DNA of 64,000 nucleotides from an uncultured Bacilli bacterium (lineage in GTDB: Bacteria; Bacillota_I; Bacilli_A; RF39; UBA660): NCBI GenBank assembly GCA_934153945.1, contig CAKPFM010000006.1, positions 27,318 through 91,317 of the forward strand, given 5' to 3'. The position numbers and the translations under genes are program-made. Within the stretch, counting starts at the first letter, position 1. Each line of letters begins with the position of its first letter. Positions 1-10,008 of this stretch are shown here, one piece after another. The notes under the pieces were generated by a model. That model saw only the letters and a list, made by a program, of their open reading frames with translations, had not been told where the DNA came from and did not search any database.

Positions 1-1095
1 TGTACCACCTGAACTTGATTGTGATAAATATGTACCAGCATTTATTGTAGGTCCTGTCCAAGCTGTTTTAAGTGTAATTGTATTATTAATTTTATTTACT
101 CCATCATATTTATATAAATCATGATAAACATTTCTTGAGTATGTTTCTTTTGGATATGTATATCCTGTCGAATCAGTATAATTCCAAAAAATTAAACCTA
201 ATATATAAGACGGTGTAGATTCTGTAAGTTGGAAATTAGTTGTATCATTTAAATAAACTACTGTATCTCCAGGATTTAAAGATTTAGTTAAGTATGTTGT
301 TGTTCCCACTACATACATTATATTTGGTGCTTCTACAGGATTATAATCTACATCATATTCAATAATTCCTGCAAGATATAGTGAGGAATCATCACTTGAT
401 TTCATTGTAATAGTTTGAGTATAAGATTTATTTGGATCAATTTCTACATAATTTCCAAAATCTAATATTACATAGTTAGGTCCTTGATAATATAATTCAT
501 TATTTTTTTCATCGTATTTAAGAACTTCAGCATTGATATTACCTTTATATTCTAAATAACCATTATCAAATAAATTTCGTAAATATTTTTCATTACATGT
601 TGTAGAATTGTAAATATATTTTCTTAAATTGCTATAATATTTTGATTTACCTACACAAGTATTATTTTTATAATCATGCGAAATAACATTCAAAGCATTA
701 TAATTATTGTATTTAACTTGAGATATGTTTGTAACTTCATAGTTAAAGCTTGTACTAGACATTCCAGTTTTATCAGTAATTTTAAGTGAATATACGCCAG
801 TAGTTGTAACATTATAAGAGTTACTTGTTGCCCCTGATATTATTTCACCATCTTTATACCATTGATATTTCCATAGTAATGAATTGTTTTCCGAAATCAA
901 CATTAGTTTTTCATTACCACTAGAATCCTTATCAATTACACTTGATATATTAGTACCTAACAATTTATCATCTTTTAATCTATCCAATATATTTTTTTTA
1001 TTTTCCAAATCACTTAATATACTTAAAACTAATATTAAACATACTAATAATAATGGATATATTATTGCTGATATTGCATAACCCCTATTATTCAT
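1..1095 (-). CDS. Partial surface-type protein (C-terminus lies beyond the window start): N-terminal hydrophobic anchor followed by an Ig-like, Asn/Thr/Tyr-rich beta region
   Basis: Uninterrupted 365-codon minus-strand frame from ATG at 1093-1095 to position 1. It is absent from the ORF track because no stop lies in the window. Begins MNNRGYAISAIIYPLLLVCLILVLSIL. The segment YQWYKDGEIISGATSNSYNVTTTGVYSLKITD resembles an Ig-like/PKD-like repeat. Confidence 0.55.
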   Translation of the reverse strand, partial: MNNRGYAISAIIYPLLLVCLILVLSILSDLENKKNILDRLKDDKLLGTNISSVIDKDSSGNEKLMLISENNSLLWKYQWYKDGEIISGATSNSYNVTTTGVYSLKITDKTGMSSTSFNYEVTNISQVKYNNYNALNVISHDYKNNTCVGKSKYYSNLRKYIYNSTTCNEKYLRNLFDNGYLEYKGNINAEVLKYDEKNNELYYQGPNYVILDFGNYVEIDPNKSYTQTITMKSSDDSSLYLAGIIEYDVDYNPVEAPNIMYVVGTTTYLTKSLNPGDTVVYLNDTTNFQLTESTPSYILGLIFWNYTDSTGYTYPKETYSRNVYHDLYKYDGVNKINNTITLKTAWTGPTINAGTYLSQSSSGGT

Positions 1096-1127
1096 AATAT
1101 CACATTCCTATTCTATATAAATTATAT

Positions 1128-1153
1128 CAAAAAAAGTACTTTTTTCAAGTACT
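1128..1153 (-). terminator. Rho-independent terminator after the 123-aa membrane protein gene
   Basis: Minus strand: AGTACTT-GAAAA-AAGTACT hairpin directly after the stop codon, followed by a T7 run. Confidence 0.7.
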
Positions 1154-1525
1154 TTATTCTAATACACCTTTTTTAATATTAACAATAATATAAAAGTGTA
1201 AATAAATATACATTACTAAAAATAATACCCAACCAATTACTGGTACAATAAGTAAACCAATCCATATATATGGGTTACCATATATATCACTACCATCTAC
1301 TTTTAATTTAAGAGCTACTTCTACAGTCATTTTAATAACCAATACAACTAACATAATAATTACTGGTAAAAATAAAGCTAAAGATCCAAATAACCAATAT
1401 TTATAATTTGAATACCATTTATCTTTTTGAAATAAATTCAATTGACTAGCAGGTATAATTATATATCCACCAAATGTAAAAATCATCATTATAAAATAGA
1501 TAAACCAATTCTCTTTTTTTAACAT
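1154..1525 (-). CDS. Small integral membrane protein, function unknown
   Basis: 123-aa ORF with several long hydrophobic stretches (FIYFIMMIFTFGGYIIIP, LALFLPVIIMLVVLVI, IGLLIVPVIGWVLFLVMYIYL). Packed 8 nt downstream of the preceding gene. Confidence 0.6.
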   Translation of the reverse strand: MLKKENWFIYFIMMIFTFGGYIIIPASQLNLFQKDKWYSNYKYWLFGSLALFLPVIIMLVVLVIKMTVEVALKLKVDGSDIYGNPYIWIGLLIVPVIGWVLFLVMYIYLHFYIIVNIKKGVLE

Positions 1526-1532
1526 ATTTAAC

Positions 1533-2159
1533 CTACTTTCTTTTAATTAATTTTTTATTATTTAAATATTCTTCTATTGTTATTTGATCATAAGAATCCG
1601 TTATTGCTTTTAAATTATTTAATAGTATCATGAATGGATATACAAATCTACCATATCTACTTCTATCAGTATTAAATTCAATATTAAATCTTTGTTGATT
1701 TGAATTATTAATAAATTTTAATATATATTTATCCTTATCTTTTAAAATAGTTAAATAATTATATGTAAATTCATTACTTAATTCATCAATAGGAGCATCA
1801 CTTTTCCAATTAATGATTCCATTATCAACTAATTCTAAATATCCATATGGATATTTAGAAACTAAAGGTATATCTCTATTTTTTTCTTCTTCACTCATAC
1901 ATTTTTGAATAACAATTTCTTGATATAAGTTATCTATTAAATTATATAATAAATATACCGTTTTATTTTCTGTTGTTAATGTATCTTTTTTTAATTCTAA
2001 CAATACTTCTTTTTCTATTTTTTTACATTGAACTACTAATTGTAAATCTCTACTTCCTAATTGATAAAACATTATAGTTACTTCTTCTAATTTTAAGATA
2101 TATAAATATGGATGACAATCATTAAAATGGTATTTTATTTCTTTTCTTTCAATTATCAT
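1533..2159 (-). CDS. Hypothetical cytoplasmic protein
   Basis: 208-aa ORF 10 nt downstream of mutS. No recognisable motif. Confidence 0.55.
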   Translation of the reverse strand: MIIERKEIKYHFNDCHPYLYILKLEEVTIMFYQLGSRDLQLVVQCKKIEKEVLLELKKDTLTTENKTVYLLYNLIDNLYQEIVIQKCMSEEEKNRDIPLVSKYPYGYLELVDNGIINWKSDAPIDELSNEFTYNYLTILKDKDKYILKFINNSNQQRFNIEFNTDRSRYGRFVYPFMILLNNLKAITDSYDQITIEEYLNNKKLIKRK

Positions 2160-2169
2160 ATATAATTAT

Positions 2170-4710
2170 TTATTTAATTTTTTCTTTTAGATTGTATAAA
2201 ATATTCATAGCATCCATTGGAGTAATATCTAAAACATTTATCTTTTTTATTTCTTCTTCTATAACAGATTCTTTATTTTCCATTAATTCATCAAGTGGTA
2301 AACATTCTTGAATTTTTGTATCTCTTTTAACTTCTTTATTTTCATAAACTTTTAAAATACTGCTTGCTCTATCTATTAAATTACTAGGTAAATCAGCTAA
2401 TTTAGCAACATGAATACCATAACTTTTATCAATAGAACCATCTTTTACTTTATGTAAAAATGTAATATTTCCATTTTCTTCTACAGCACTTACATGTACA
2501 TTTTTTAAACCACTTAAAGTTTTATCTAAGTCAGTTAATTCATGATAGTGAGTTGAAAATAAAGTTTTACATTTAATATTAGTATGAATGTATTCTATTA
2601 TAGCTTGTGCTAATGACATACCATCGAAAGTAGCTGTACCTCTACCTAGTTCATCAAATAAAATTAAACTGTTAACTGTAGCATTATTAATAGCATTAGC
2701 TGCTTCTTTCATTTCAACCATAAATGTTGATTCTCCACTAACTAAATCATCACTTGCCCCTATTCTTGTATATATAGCATCAAATATTGGAAGTACTGCT
2801 TCACTAGCTGGAACAAAACATCCAATTTGAGCCATAATAACACTTATAGCAAGAACTCTCATAAATGTTGATTTACCTGCCATATTAGGTCCTGTTATTA
2901 ATAATATGTTAGTTTTTTCATCCATTATGATATCATTTGATACAAATTCAGTTTCAATTACTTTTTCTACTACTGGATGTCTAGAATTAATTAATCTAAT
3001 TTCTTTTTTATCACTTAGTATAGGTCTTACATAATTATTTTCTTCTGAAACTGTTGCGAATGATTGTAATACATCTATTTCACTTATTACTTTTGAAATA
3101 CTTTGTAATCTAGGTATATATTCTTTAATTTTATCTCTTATTTCAGTAAATATTTCGTATTCTAATTCAATTATTTTTTCTTCTGCATTTAGTATTAAAG
3201 CTTCTTTTTCTTTTAGTATTGGACTTATATATCTTTCACAATTAGCTAAAGTTTGTCTTCTTTCATATCCATATTCATCTTTTATTAAATCAATATTTCC
3301 TTTGGATACTTCTATATAGTATCCAAATACTCTATTAAATCCAATTTTTAAGTTTTTAATACCAGTTCTTTCTTTTTCTTCTTCTTCAAATCTAGCTACG
3401 AAATCTTTACCACCTTTTCTTAAGTCTTTTAGTTCGTCTAATTCTTTACTATATCCTTCTTTAATGATATATCCTTCTTTTATAGATACTGGTGGATTTT
3501 CATATATTGAATTTTCTAGTAATTCATACAAATCATTTAGTTCTTCTATATTTTTGTAAAAGTTTATATCTGTTAATATTTGTTTTATATATGGTAAAAC
3601 TTTTAAAGAATTTTTAAGTTGTAATAAATCTCTTGCATTCGCACTACCAAAAGCTATTTTTCCACTTAATCTTTCTAAATCATAAACTTCATATAAGTAA
3701 TTACATAGTTCTTCTTTTTTTATAAATTCTTTTAATAATATTTCTATTGTATCATATCTTTTATTGATTTCTTCTTTATTTATTAATGGATTTTCTATCA
3801 TATTTTTTAGAGTTCTTGAACCCATTGCTGTTTTAGTTTTATCTAGTAACCATATTAAAGAAAAGTTTCTTTGTTTTAATCTTAAAGTTTCTGTTAATTC
3901 TAGATTTCTTTTAGTATGAATATCCATTTTTAAATAATCTTTATTGTCTTTTATAACAACTTTTTCAAAATGAGCTAAACTTCTTTTTTGAGTATTTGTT
4001 ATATATGTTAGCAAATGTTTAATAGTTTCTATATGTCTTATATCACTTATATCACTATATATATATTCATATTCTTTTTGTGATTCAGCTTCATTAGAAT
4101 AAGTTATTACTATTTTAAATTGATTTTTTAAAATACTTGTTATTGTTGAATCTAGTTTTTCATTTACTATTATTTCTTTTAAACCAATACTTACTATTTC
4201 ACTTATTACTTTAGTAGCATTATGTTCTAGTATAGTTGAATATATTTCTCCAGTTGATATATCAGCATAACTTAATACATATGAATGATTAAAATCCATT
4301 AAACTACCAATATAATTATTTTCATATTCTTTTAAGGATTCATCTTGGATAATAGTACCTTTACTTATTATTTGAATTATATCTCTTTTAACTATTCCTT
4401 TAGCTAAAGCTGGATCTTCTAATTGTTCACATATTCCTATTTTATATCCTAAATCAACTAGTTTTTCTATATATACATTTGCTGCATGATGTGGTATTCC
4501 ACACATTGGTATTTTTTCATCTAATCCCGCATTTTTTCCTGTTAGTGTTAACTCCAATTCATGAGATACAAGTATTGCATCTTCAAAAAACATTTCATAA
4601 AAATCTCCTAATCTAAAGAAAATTATAATATCTTCATTTTTTTCTTTAATTTCTAAATATTGTTTCATCATTGGAGTTACTTTATTTAAATCTACATCTT
4701 TTCTATTCAT
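2170..4710 (-). CDS. mutS: DNA mismatch repair protein MutS
   Basis: N-terminal TPMMKQYLEIK...GDFYEMFFEDA, Walker A GPNMAGKST, DELGRGTATFDG, STHYHELT. Start refined to ATG 4708-4710 with GGTGAG upstream. Confidence 0.95.
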   Translation of the reverse strand: MNRKDVDLNKVTPMMKQYLEIKEKNEDIIIFFRLGDFYEMFFEDAILVSHELELTLTGKNAGLDEKIPMCGIPHHAANVYIEKLVDLGYKIGICEQLEDPALAKGIVKRDIIQIISKGTIIQDESLKEYENNYIGSLMDFNHSYVLSYADISTGEIYSTILEHNATKVISEIVSIGLKEIIVNEKLDSTITSILKNQFKIVITYSNEAESQKEYEYIYSDISDIRHIETIKHLLTYITNTQKRSLAHFEKVVIKDNKDYLKMDIHTKRNLELTETLRLKQRNFSLIWLLDKTKTAMGSRTLKNMIENPLINKEEINKRYDTIEILLKEFIKKEELCNYLYEVYDLERLSGKIAFGSANARDLLQLKNSLKVLPYIKQILTDINFYKNIEELNDLYELLENSIYENPPVSIKEGYIIKEGYSKELDELKDLRKGGKDFVARFEEEEKERTGIKNLKIGFNRVFGYYIEVSKGNIDLIKDEYGYERRQTLANCERYISPILKEKEALILNAEEKIIELEYEIFTEIRDKIKEYIPRLQSISKVISEIDVLQSFATVSEENNYVRPILSDKKEIRLINSRHPVVEKVIETEFVSNDIIMDEKTNILLITGPNMAGKSTFMRVLAISVIMAQIGCFVPASEAVLPIFDAIYTRIGASDDLVSGESTFMVEMKEAANAINNATVNSLILFDELGRGTATFDGMSLAQAIIEYIHTNIKCKTLFSTHYHELTDLDKTLSGLKNVHVSAVEENGNITFLHKVKDGSIDKSYGIHVAKLADLPSNLIDRASSILKVYENKEVKRDTKIQECLPLDELMENKESVIEEEIKKINVLDITPMDAMNILYNLKEKIK

Positions 4711-4784
4711 ATAACTCACCAGTAAATATTGTACCAAATAAACAAAAATAAGTCCATTAACTGAACTTATTTTTGTTGTTTTAA

Positions 4785-7700
4785 TTATCTAATACACATT
4801 GTTCCATTTAAAGTTCCTCCATTTGGACATGTATATAAAACACATGTTGTTCCATTTAAGGTTCCTCCATTTGGACATGTATATTCCTCTCCAATACATG
4901 TTGTTCCACTTAAAGTATAACCACTTTGGCATGAATATGTTATTTCACCTGTACCAGGAGCCCAATCACCACAATTACAATAACCTCCATTCTCTGGACC
5001 ATATCCCTCGGTAAAATCGGGATTTGAGCCATCGTTACATTTACTACCCCATGACACACAATACCATCCATTATCTTTACATAAACCTTCTGGTTTAGAA
5101 CAATGACCACTATCTTCATGTGGAGTAGCATCTATTACTGGATGCTGTGCTGGATAACTTGAATCTGTTGCTGCATAGTTAGCACTAATAACATATGTAT
5201 AGTGAGTCCATGAAGTGCTATACCAATTATTGGCATTATCTAATACTTTAACATAAATATCCCATGTTCCACCTGTTAAAGTTTTGCTGAATGATGTTGA
5301 TTTTAAATATTGATTTGCTGAGTTTAACGTTCCATTCAAATATATTTTATATTGTATTGCTTGAATTCCACTATTTGAATCTGTTGCTGTAAATGTTACT
5401 GTTCTTTCTCCACTATATGTTCCAGAAGCTAAATTTGGTGATATTGTTGGAGCTGTCTTATCTATTTTAACCGTTTGATTTGATGGACATACTGTTGAAT
5501 TTCCTGCATTATCATATACTGTTCCTGGTGATAAGTTTATCCAACTTCCTTGCCAATTTATATACCAACTTGCATTTCCTTGACATCCACTTACTGAATC
5601 ACTACATGTTCCTACTAATGTTCTACTATCGTTTGTCCATGCATCACTTCCACCACTACTTATACATGATGGTTTTTCTGTATCCATATGAATATGTTGA
5701 TTTTCTGTCCATGTTCCTATATTTCCTGCATAGTCTACTGCTCTAAATCTTACTGTATGTGAATGGTATCCATTTGCTGGTATAAAGTTACTTGCTGTTT
5801 GTGCATCTGCTATTCCATCATTATTTGTATCTATTTGATAATATGAAACTCCTATATTATCACTTGCTGTTAATGTTATATTATAATTATTCTTCCATGT
5901 ACATGTATTTGCTCCACCATTGTATGTTATTGTTGTTACTCCTGGTGCACTTGTATCCATGTGGATATGTTGAACATCTGTCCATCCACTTACTACTCCA
6001 CTATTACTTACTGCTCTAAATCTATTATTACATGATGAATATCCATCCCATGGAATGAAATTACTGCTTGATGCATAATTTGCTACTCCATCTCCATCCC
6101 AATCTACTTCATAATGATGTATTCCACTTGTAGCTGTTGATGTTAATGTTATATTATAATTATTTTTCCAACTATGACTATTACTTCCTCCGTTGTATGT
6201 TACTGTTGGTGTTGTTGGTATACTCGTATCTATCTTACTTATTGTAAATGTACTTGTCCCTGATATATTTGTTCCATCACCTGTTAGGGCATATAATACT
6301 CCATTTGCTTTATATATTACATTTAGTGTTGTACTCGTTGTCTTATACCATGTATTAGCTACTAATGTTGTTACATTTGAACTTGTACATGTTCCTGGAT
6401 TTGTTCCTGTTCCACATGTCGCTGTTACTATTCCACTAGCTACTGTTGCTCCTACACTTGATTTAAAATAATATACTGGACTTGTTACATTTGTACTACT
6501 ATATGTTATTTGAATTGTTCTTGATTGAACATAGTCATATCCACTTGTTGGTGTTTGACTTATTTGTTTAATTGTTGGATTTGTAAATCCTAGAGTCTTT
6601 CCAACTCCTGTTGCTTCTTTTGTTAATCCACTTCCATTTGTACATCTTATTTTGTATTGATAACTTGTTTCTTTTGTTAAGCCTGTAAATGTATAATTAT
6701 TTGTTGTTCCATTTGATATCCATGTTGTTCCATTATCTTTACTATATTCATATTTTGTTATTCCTGACTCTGCATCACTACATGTTGCTGTAACAGTTAT
6801 TCTATCAGTTCTACCATTAGTACTTATACTTGCAGTTGGAGCACTTATATCTATCTTATCAACCAAAAATGTACTTGAACTATAATTAGTTGTTCCATCA
6901 CTAGTTAATGCATATAGAGTACCATTCTTATCATAAACAATATTTGGATTTATATCATTTGTTTTGTACCATGTATTAGCTACTAATGTTGTTACATTGC
7001 TTTCAGTACATTTACCAGGCATTGTTCCAGTTCCACATGATGCTATTACGACATTTTTTAAAGTACTTGCACCTACACTTGATTTAAAATAATATTCAAA
7101 ATCATTTCCAATATCATATTTAATTGTTACCCTTTTACTAATAGCATATTTATAACCATATGCTGGAGTTTGATTAACATTAAATCTTGGATTTTCAAGA
7201 TTAATTGTTTTTACACTTTTAGACACAGTATTACTTTTTAAACCATTTTGGCCTTCTATAACAACTTCTATTTTGTATTCCTTATTTTTTTCTAAATTAT
7301 TATATATTTTAATGTTACTCTTACTACTTGTTTCATTACCATCTATTCTATAATAATAATTTTCTATTTGACTCATTTCATCTTTTGGATTAACTATTAT
7401 TTTAATACTATTTGTTGTACTACTTACTGTAATACTTTCAATAATTGGAGCTGTTGTATCATTTTCTTCTATTGTTCCATCTAATATTTTTAAACCATTT
7501 TTGTCCCTAACACAAGTATATTTTCCATTATCTATAACTAATCTTCTTTCGTTATTACAAATTTTATATATGCCTTTTTTAGGGATTTCACCTTTAATAT
7601 TAAGTTTGCTTATTGGTTCATATCTTATATTATCTTCTATCTTAGTATCTTCAATATCATTAGCAAAATCAAAAATATTACAAAAATCTTCTTTACCACT

Positions 7701-7877
7701 TTCTTCTACTATTTGATATTGGTCGTAAGATTTATAAACTTCTTCACATGATAATTCAAAACTTTTTCTATCAGCATCTTCTAATATACTATATATTATT
7801 GGTGTTGCGATTAATGCAGTAACAGATAAAACTACTATTACTGCTAATAATTCCATTAAAGTAAAACCTCGTCTCAT
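4785..7877 (-). CDS. Very large modular type IV pilin-like surface protein: prepilin-type N-terminus, FN3/Ig-like repeat modules, Cys-rich C-terminal repeats
   Basis: Start refined to ATG 7875-7877 (GGAG 8 nt upstream). MRRGFTLMELLAVIVVLSVTALIATPIIY carries the G/FTLxE prepilin cleavage/methylation motif plus a hydrophobic helix. Two ~120-aa internal repeats (FKSSVGA..CGTGT.PG.C..SNVTTLVANTWYKT). Two ~90-aa repeats (T.TYNGG.N..WKNNYNITLT...HIHMDT). FN3-like segments. C-terminal Y-[ST]-C-x-x-G-x-T-L-x-G-T-x-C in three copies. Confidence 0.8.
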   Translation of the reverse strand: MRRGFTLMELLAVIVVLSVTALIATPIIYSILEDADRKSFELSCEEVYKSYDQYQIVEESGKEDFCNIFDFANDIEDTKIEDNIRYEPISKLNIKGEIPKKGIYKICNNERRLVIDNGKYTCVRDKNGLKILDGTIEENDTTAPIIESITVSSTTNSIKIIVNPKDEMSQIENYYYRIDGNETSSKSNIKIYNNLEKNKEYKIEVVIEGQNGLKSNTVSKSVKTINLENPRFNVNQTPAYGYKYAISKRVTIKYDIGNDFEYYFKSSVGASTLKNVVIASCGTGTMPGKCTESNVTTLVANTWYKTNDINPNIVYDKNGTLYALTSDGTTNYSSSTFLVDKIDISAPTASISTNGRTDRITVTATCSDAESGITKYEYSKDNGTTWISNGTTNNYTFTGLTKETSYQYKIRCTNGSGLTKEATGVGKTLGFTNPTIKQISQTPTSGYDYVQSRTIQITYSSTNVTSPVYYFKSSVGATVASGIVTATCGTGTNPGTCTSSNVTTLVANTWYKTTSTTLNVIYKANGVLYALTGDGTNISGTSTFTISKIDTSIPTTPTVTYNGGSNSHSWKNNYNITLTSTATSGIHHYEVDWDGDGVANYASSSNFIPWDGYSSCNNRFRAVSNSGVVSGWTDVQHIHMDTSAPGVTTITYNGGANTCTWKNNYNITLTASDNIGVSYYQIDTNNDGIADAQTASNFIPANGYHSHTVRFRAVDYAGNIGTWTENQHIHMDTEKPSCISSGGSDAWTNDSRTLVGTCSDSVSGCQGNASWYINWQGSWINLSPGTVYDNAGNSTVCPSNQTVKIDKTAPTISPNLASGTYSGERTVTFTATDSNSGIQAIQYKIYLNGTLNSANQYLKSTSFSKTLTGGTWDIYVKVLDNANNWYSTSWTHYTYVISANYAATDSSYPAQHPVIDATPHEDSGHCSKPEGLCKDNGWYCVSWGSKCNDGSNPDFTEGYGPENGGYCNCGDWAPGTGEITYSCQSGYTLSGTTCIGEEYTCPNGGTLNGTTCVLYTCPNGGTLNGTMCIR
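4794..4889 (-). repeat. Tandem 48-bp direct repeat inside the 3' end of the giant pilin-like gene
   Basis: Two adjacent near-identical 48-nt units (..gttccatttaa[a/g]gttcctccatttggacatgtata..) encoding YTCPNGGTLNGT[T/M]C twice. Confidence 0.85.
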
Positions 7878-7908
7878 ACATATGCTCCATTCTAAAATTA
7901 ATTTTATC

Positions 7909-7934
7909 AAAAAAAAGAACCTTTTACAAGATTC
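7909..7934 (-). terminator. Rho-independent terminator of topA
   Basis: Minus strand: GAATCTT-GTAA-AAGGTTC hairpin overlapping the topA stop codon, followed by a T8 run. Confidence 0.7.
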
Positions 7935-9963
7935 ATTTTTGATAATCACAATTACTGCATTTTATAACATTTTTCTTTTCGGTTAACATACTACCACATT
8001 CAGGACATTTTTCTCCAATTGGTTTATCCCAATATGCTGTTTTACAAGTAGGATAATTATTACATCCGTAAAATAATTTACCTCTTTTACTCTTTTTTTC
8101 AACTATTTTTCCATCACAATTAGGACAATCACATATTTCTGTTACAACTTTCTTATCTTGTTTAATATACTTACATTCAGGAAAATTACTACAAGCTGTA
8201 AAAAAGCCATATTTCCCTTTTCTAATTACTAATGGATTACCACATTCAGGACACATTTCTCCTGTTTTTTCTGCTTCTTTCTTTTCCATTTTAGAAAAAG
8301 CTTCTTGAATAGATGGTTCAAAATCTTTATAAAAACTATCTAAAACATCATACCAAATTAAGTCACCATCAGCTATTTTATCTAATTCTGTTTCCATATT
8401 AGCAGTGTATTCAACATTGATAATATGGCTAAAGAATTCTTGTAACTTTTTAGTAACTTCTATACCTGTAGTTGTAGGTTTAAATTTTTTATCTACTATT
8501 TCAACATAATCTCTAGTTTTAATATTATCAATTATTTTAGCATATGTACTAGGTCTACCAATACCTAATTCATCTAGGGCCGCTACTAATTTAGCTTCAG
8601 TATATCTACTAGGTGGTTCAGTAAAGTGTTGTTCACTAACTATATCATTAGAAACAATTACATTACTTTTATATGTATCAAAAGGTGGAAGTATTGTTTC
8701 AGATAATGATTCATAATCACTATAAACTTCTAAATAACCTTTAAATACTAAAGTTTGACCATTAACTTTAAATTTATAATCATTATTATTTAAAACTACA
8801 CTTGTATTAAGTGTTTTAGCATTACTCATTAAAGAAGCTAAAGCTCTATAATAAATTAAACGATATAATTTATATTCATCAGGAGTTAAAAAAGCTTTCA
8901 TACTTAATGGGTCTCTTTTAATACTTGTAGGTCTAATAGCTTCATGAGCATCTTGTGAAAATTCACTATTCTTTTCATGAACACTACCTTTATATTCTTT
9001 ACCATATTTAGTTTCAATAAATTGTTCTGTTTCTTTAATAAAATCTTTTGATAAACGAGTTGAATCAGTACGCATATAAGTAATTAAACCGACTGTTTCA
9101 CTTCCTAAATCAATACCTTCATATAATTTTTGAGCAACACTCATTGTTTTTTTAGTACTCATTCCAAGTTTATTACTAGCTACCTGTTGTAATGTACTAG
9201 TTATAAAAGGAAGTGGAGCTTTTTTAGATTTTTCTTTCTTTTCTGTATCTTCTATTTCAAAAGATTTAGATAAACTTTCTAATATTTTATTAGCTTCTAA
9301 TTCCGATTTGATTTCAATTTTTTTAGTCTTAAATTTAACTAAATCAGCTTCAAAATCAGGGAAAATTGCTTTAATAGTATAATATTCTTCTGATTCAAAG
9401 TTATTTATTTCTTCTTCTCTTTCAACAATTAATTTTAAAGCTACACTTTGTACTCTTCCAGCACTTGTACCATCTGTTTTAGATTGAATTAATTTTGATA
9501 ATCTAAATCCAATAATTCTATCTAATATTCTTCTAGCTTCTTGAGATTCAACTAAATTATCATCTATTTTTCTTGGATGTTTAAAAGATTCTAGTATAGC
9601 ATTTTTAGTAATTTCATTAAATACTACACGATCATATTCTGAATCATTTAATCCTAACACATCTTTTAAGTGAAAACTAATAGCTTCTCCTTCACGGTCT
9701 GGATCGGTAGCAAGATAAACAAAGTCAGTTTTTTTAACATCTTTTTTTAATTCTGAAACTATTTTTGATTTTCCTTTTATTGTTACATAGTCAGGTTTAA
9801 AATGATTTTCAATATCTACTCCTAAACCATATTTTCCTTTTGTAGATAAATCTCTAATATGTCCTTTAGAAGATGTAACTAAATAATCATCACCTAAATA
9901 TTTTGAAATTGTTTTTACTTTAGCTGGTGATTCCACTATTACTAATTTTTTCAAAAGTATCAC
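7933..9963 (-). CDS. topA: DNA topoisomerase I
   Basis: Toprim N-terminus LVIVESPAKVKTISKYLG, DPDREGE, active-site region ITYMRTDSTRLS, three C-terminal CxxC...CxxC zinc-ribbon repeats. Confidence 0.95.
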   Translation of the reverse strand: MILLKKLVIVESPAKVKTISKYLGDDYLVTSSKGHIRDLSTKGKYGLGVDIENHFKPDYVTIKGKSKIVSELKKDVKKTDFVYLATDPDREGEAISFHLKDVLGLNDSEYDRVVFNEITKNAILESFKHPRKIDDNLVESQEARRILDRIIGFRLSKLIQSKTDGTSAGRVQSVALKLIVEREEEINNFESEEYYTIKAIFPDFEADLVKFKTKKIEIKSELEANKILESLSKSFEIEDTEKKEKSKKAPLPFITSTLQQVASNKLGMSTKKTMSVAQKLYEGIDLGSETVGLITYMRTDSTRLSKDFIKETEQFIETKYGKEYKGSVHEKNSEFSQDAHEAIRPTSIKRDPLSMKAFLTPDEYKLYRLIYYRALASLMSNAKTLNTSVVLNNNDYKFKVNGQTLVFKGYLEVYSDYESLSETILPPFDTYKSNVIVSNDIVSEQHFTEPPSRYTEAKLVAALDELGIGRPSTYAKIIDNIKTRDYVEIVDKKFKPTTTGIEVTKKLQEFFSHIINVEYTANMETELDKIADGDLIWYDVLDSFYKDFEPSIQEAFSKMEKKEAEKTGEMCPECGNPLVIRKGKYGFFTACSNFPECKYIKQDKKVVTEICDCPNCDGKIVEKKSKRGKLFYGCNNYPTCKTAYWDKPIGEKCPECGSMLTEKKNVIKCSNCDYQK

Positions 9964-10008
9964 TCCTGTTTCTCTATATTTTATACACTAATAAAGAGAG
10001 ATTGTCAA

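Noticed and set aside
884-1081. Plus-strand 65-aa ORF inside the edge-truncated minus-strand gene.
   Set aside because: It is antisense to a 365-codon open frame, has no SD, and its composition is typical of the reverse frame of AT-rich coding DNA.
4799-7716. Several plus-strand ORFs (4799..5014, 5480..5746, 5792..6019, 6193..6471, 7501..7716) and the minus-strand ORF 4940..5131 within the giant pilin-like gene.
   Set aside because: All overlap a 1030-codon frame with clear domain repeats. Their products are low-complexity Leu/His/Tyr-rich strings, as expected from alternative frames.
7878-7949. The N-terminal 24-codon extension of the pilin-like ORF (MIIKNESCKRFFFLIKLILEWSIC), and the similar 26-codon extension at 45877..45954.
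   Set aside because: The extensions overlap the topA stop/terminator (first case) and lack SDs. In both genes a strong SD directly precedes the internal ATG that begins the canonical M-[KR]-[KR]-G-F-T-L-x-E-L-L prepilin motif.
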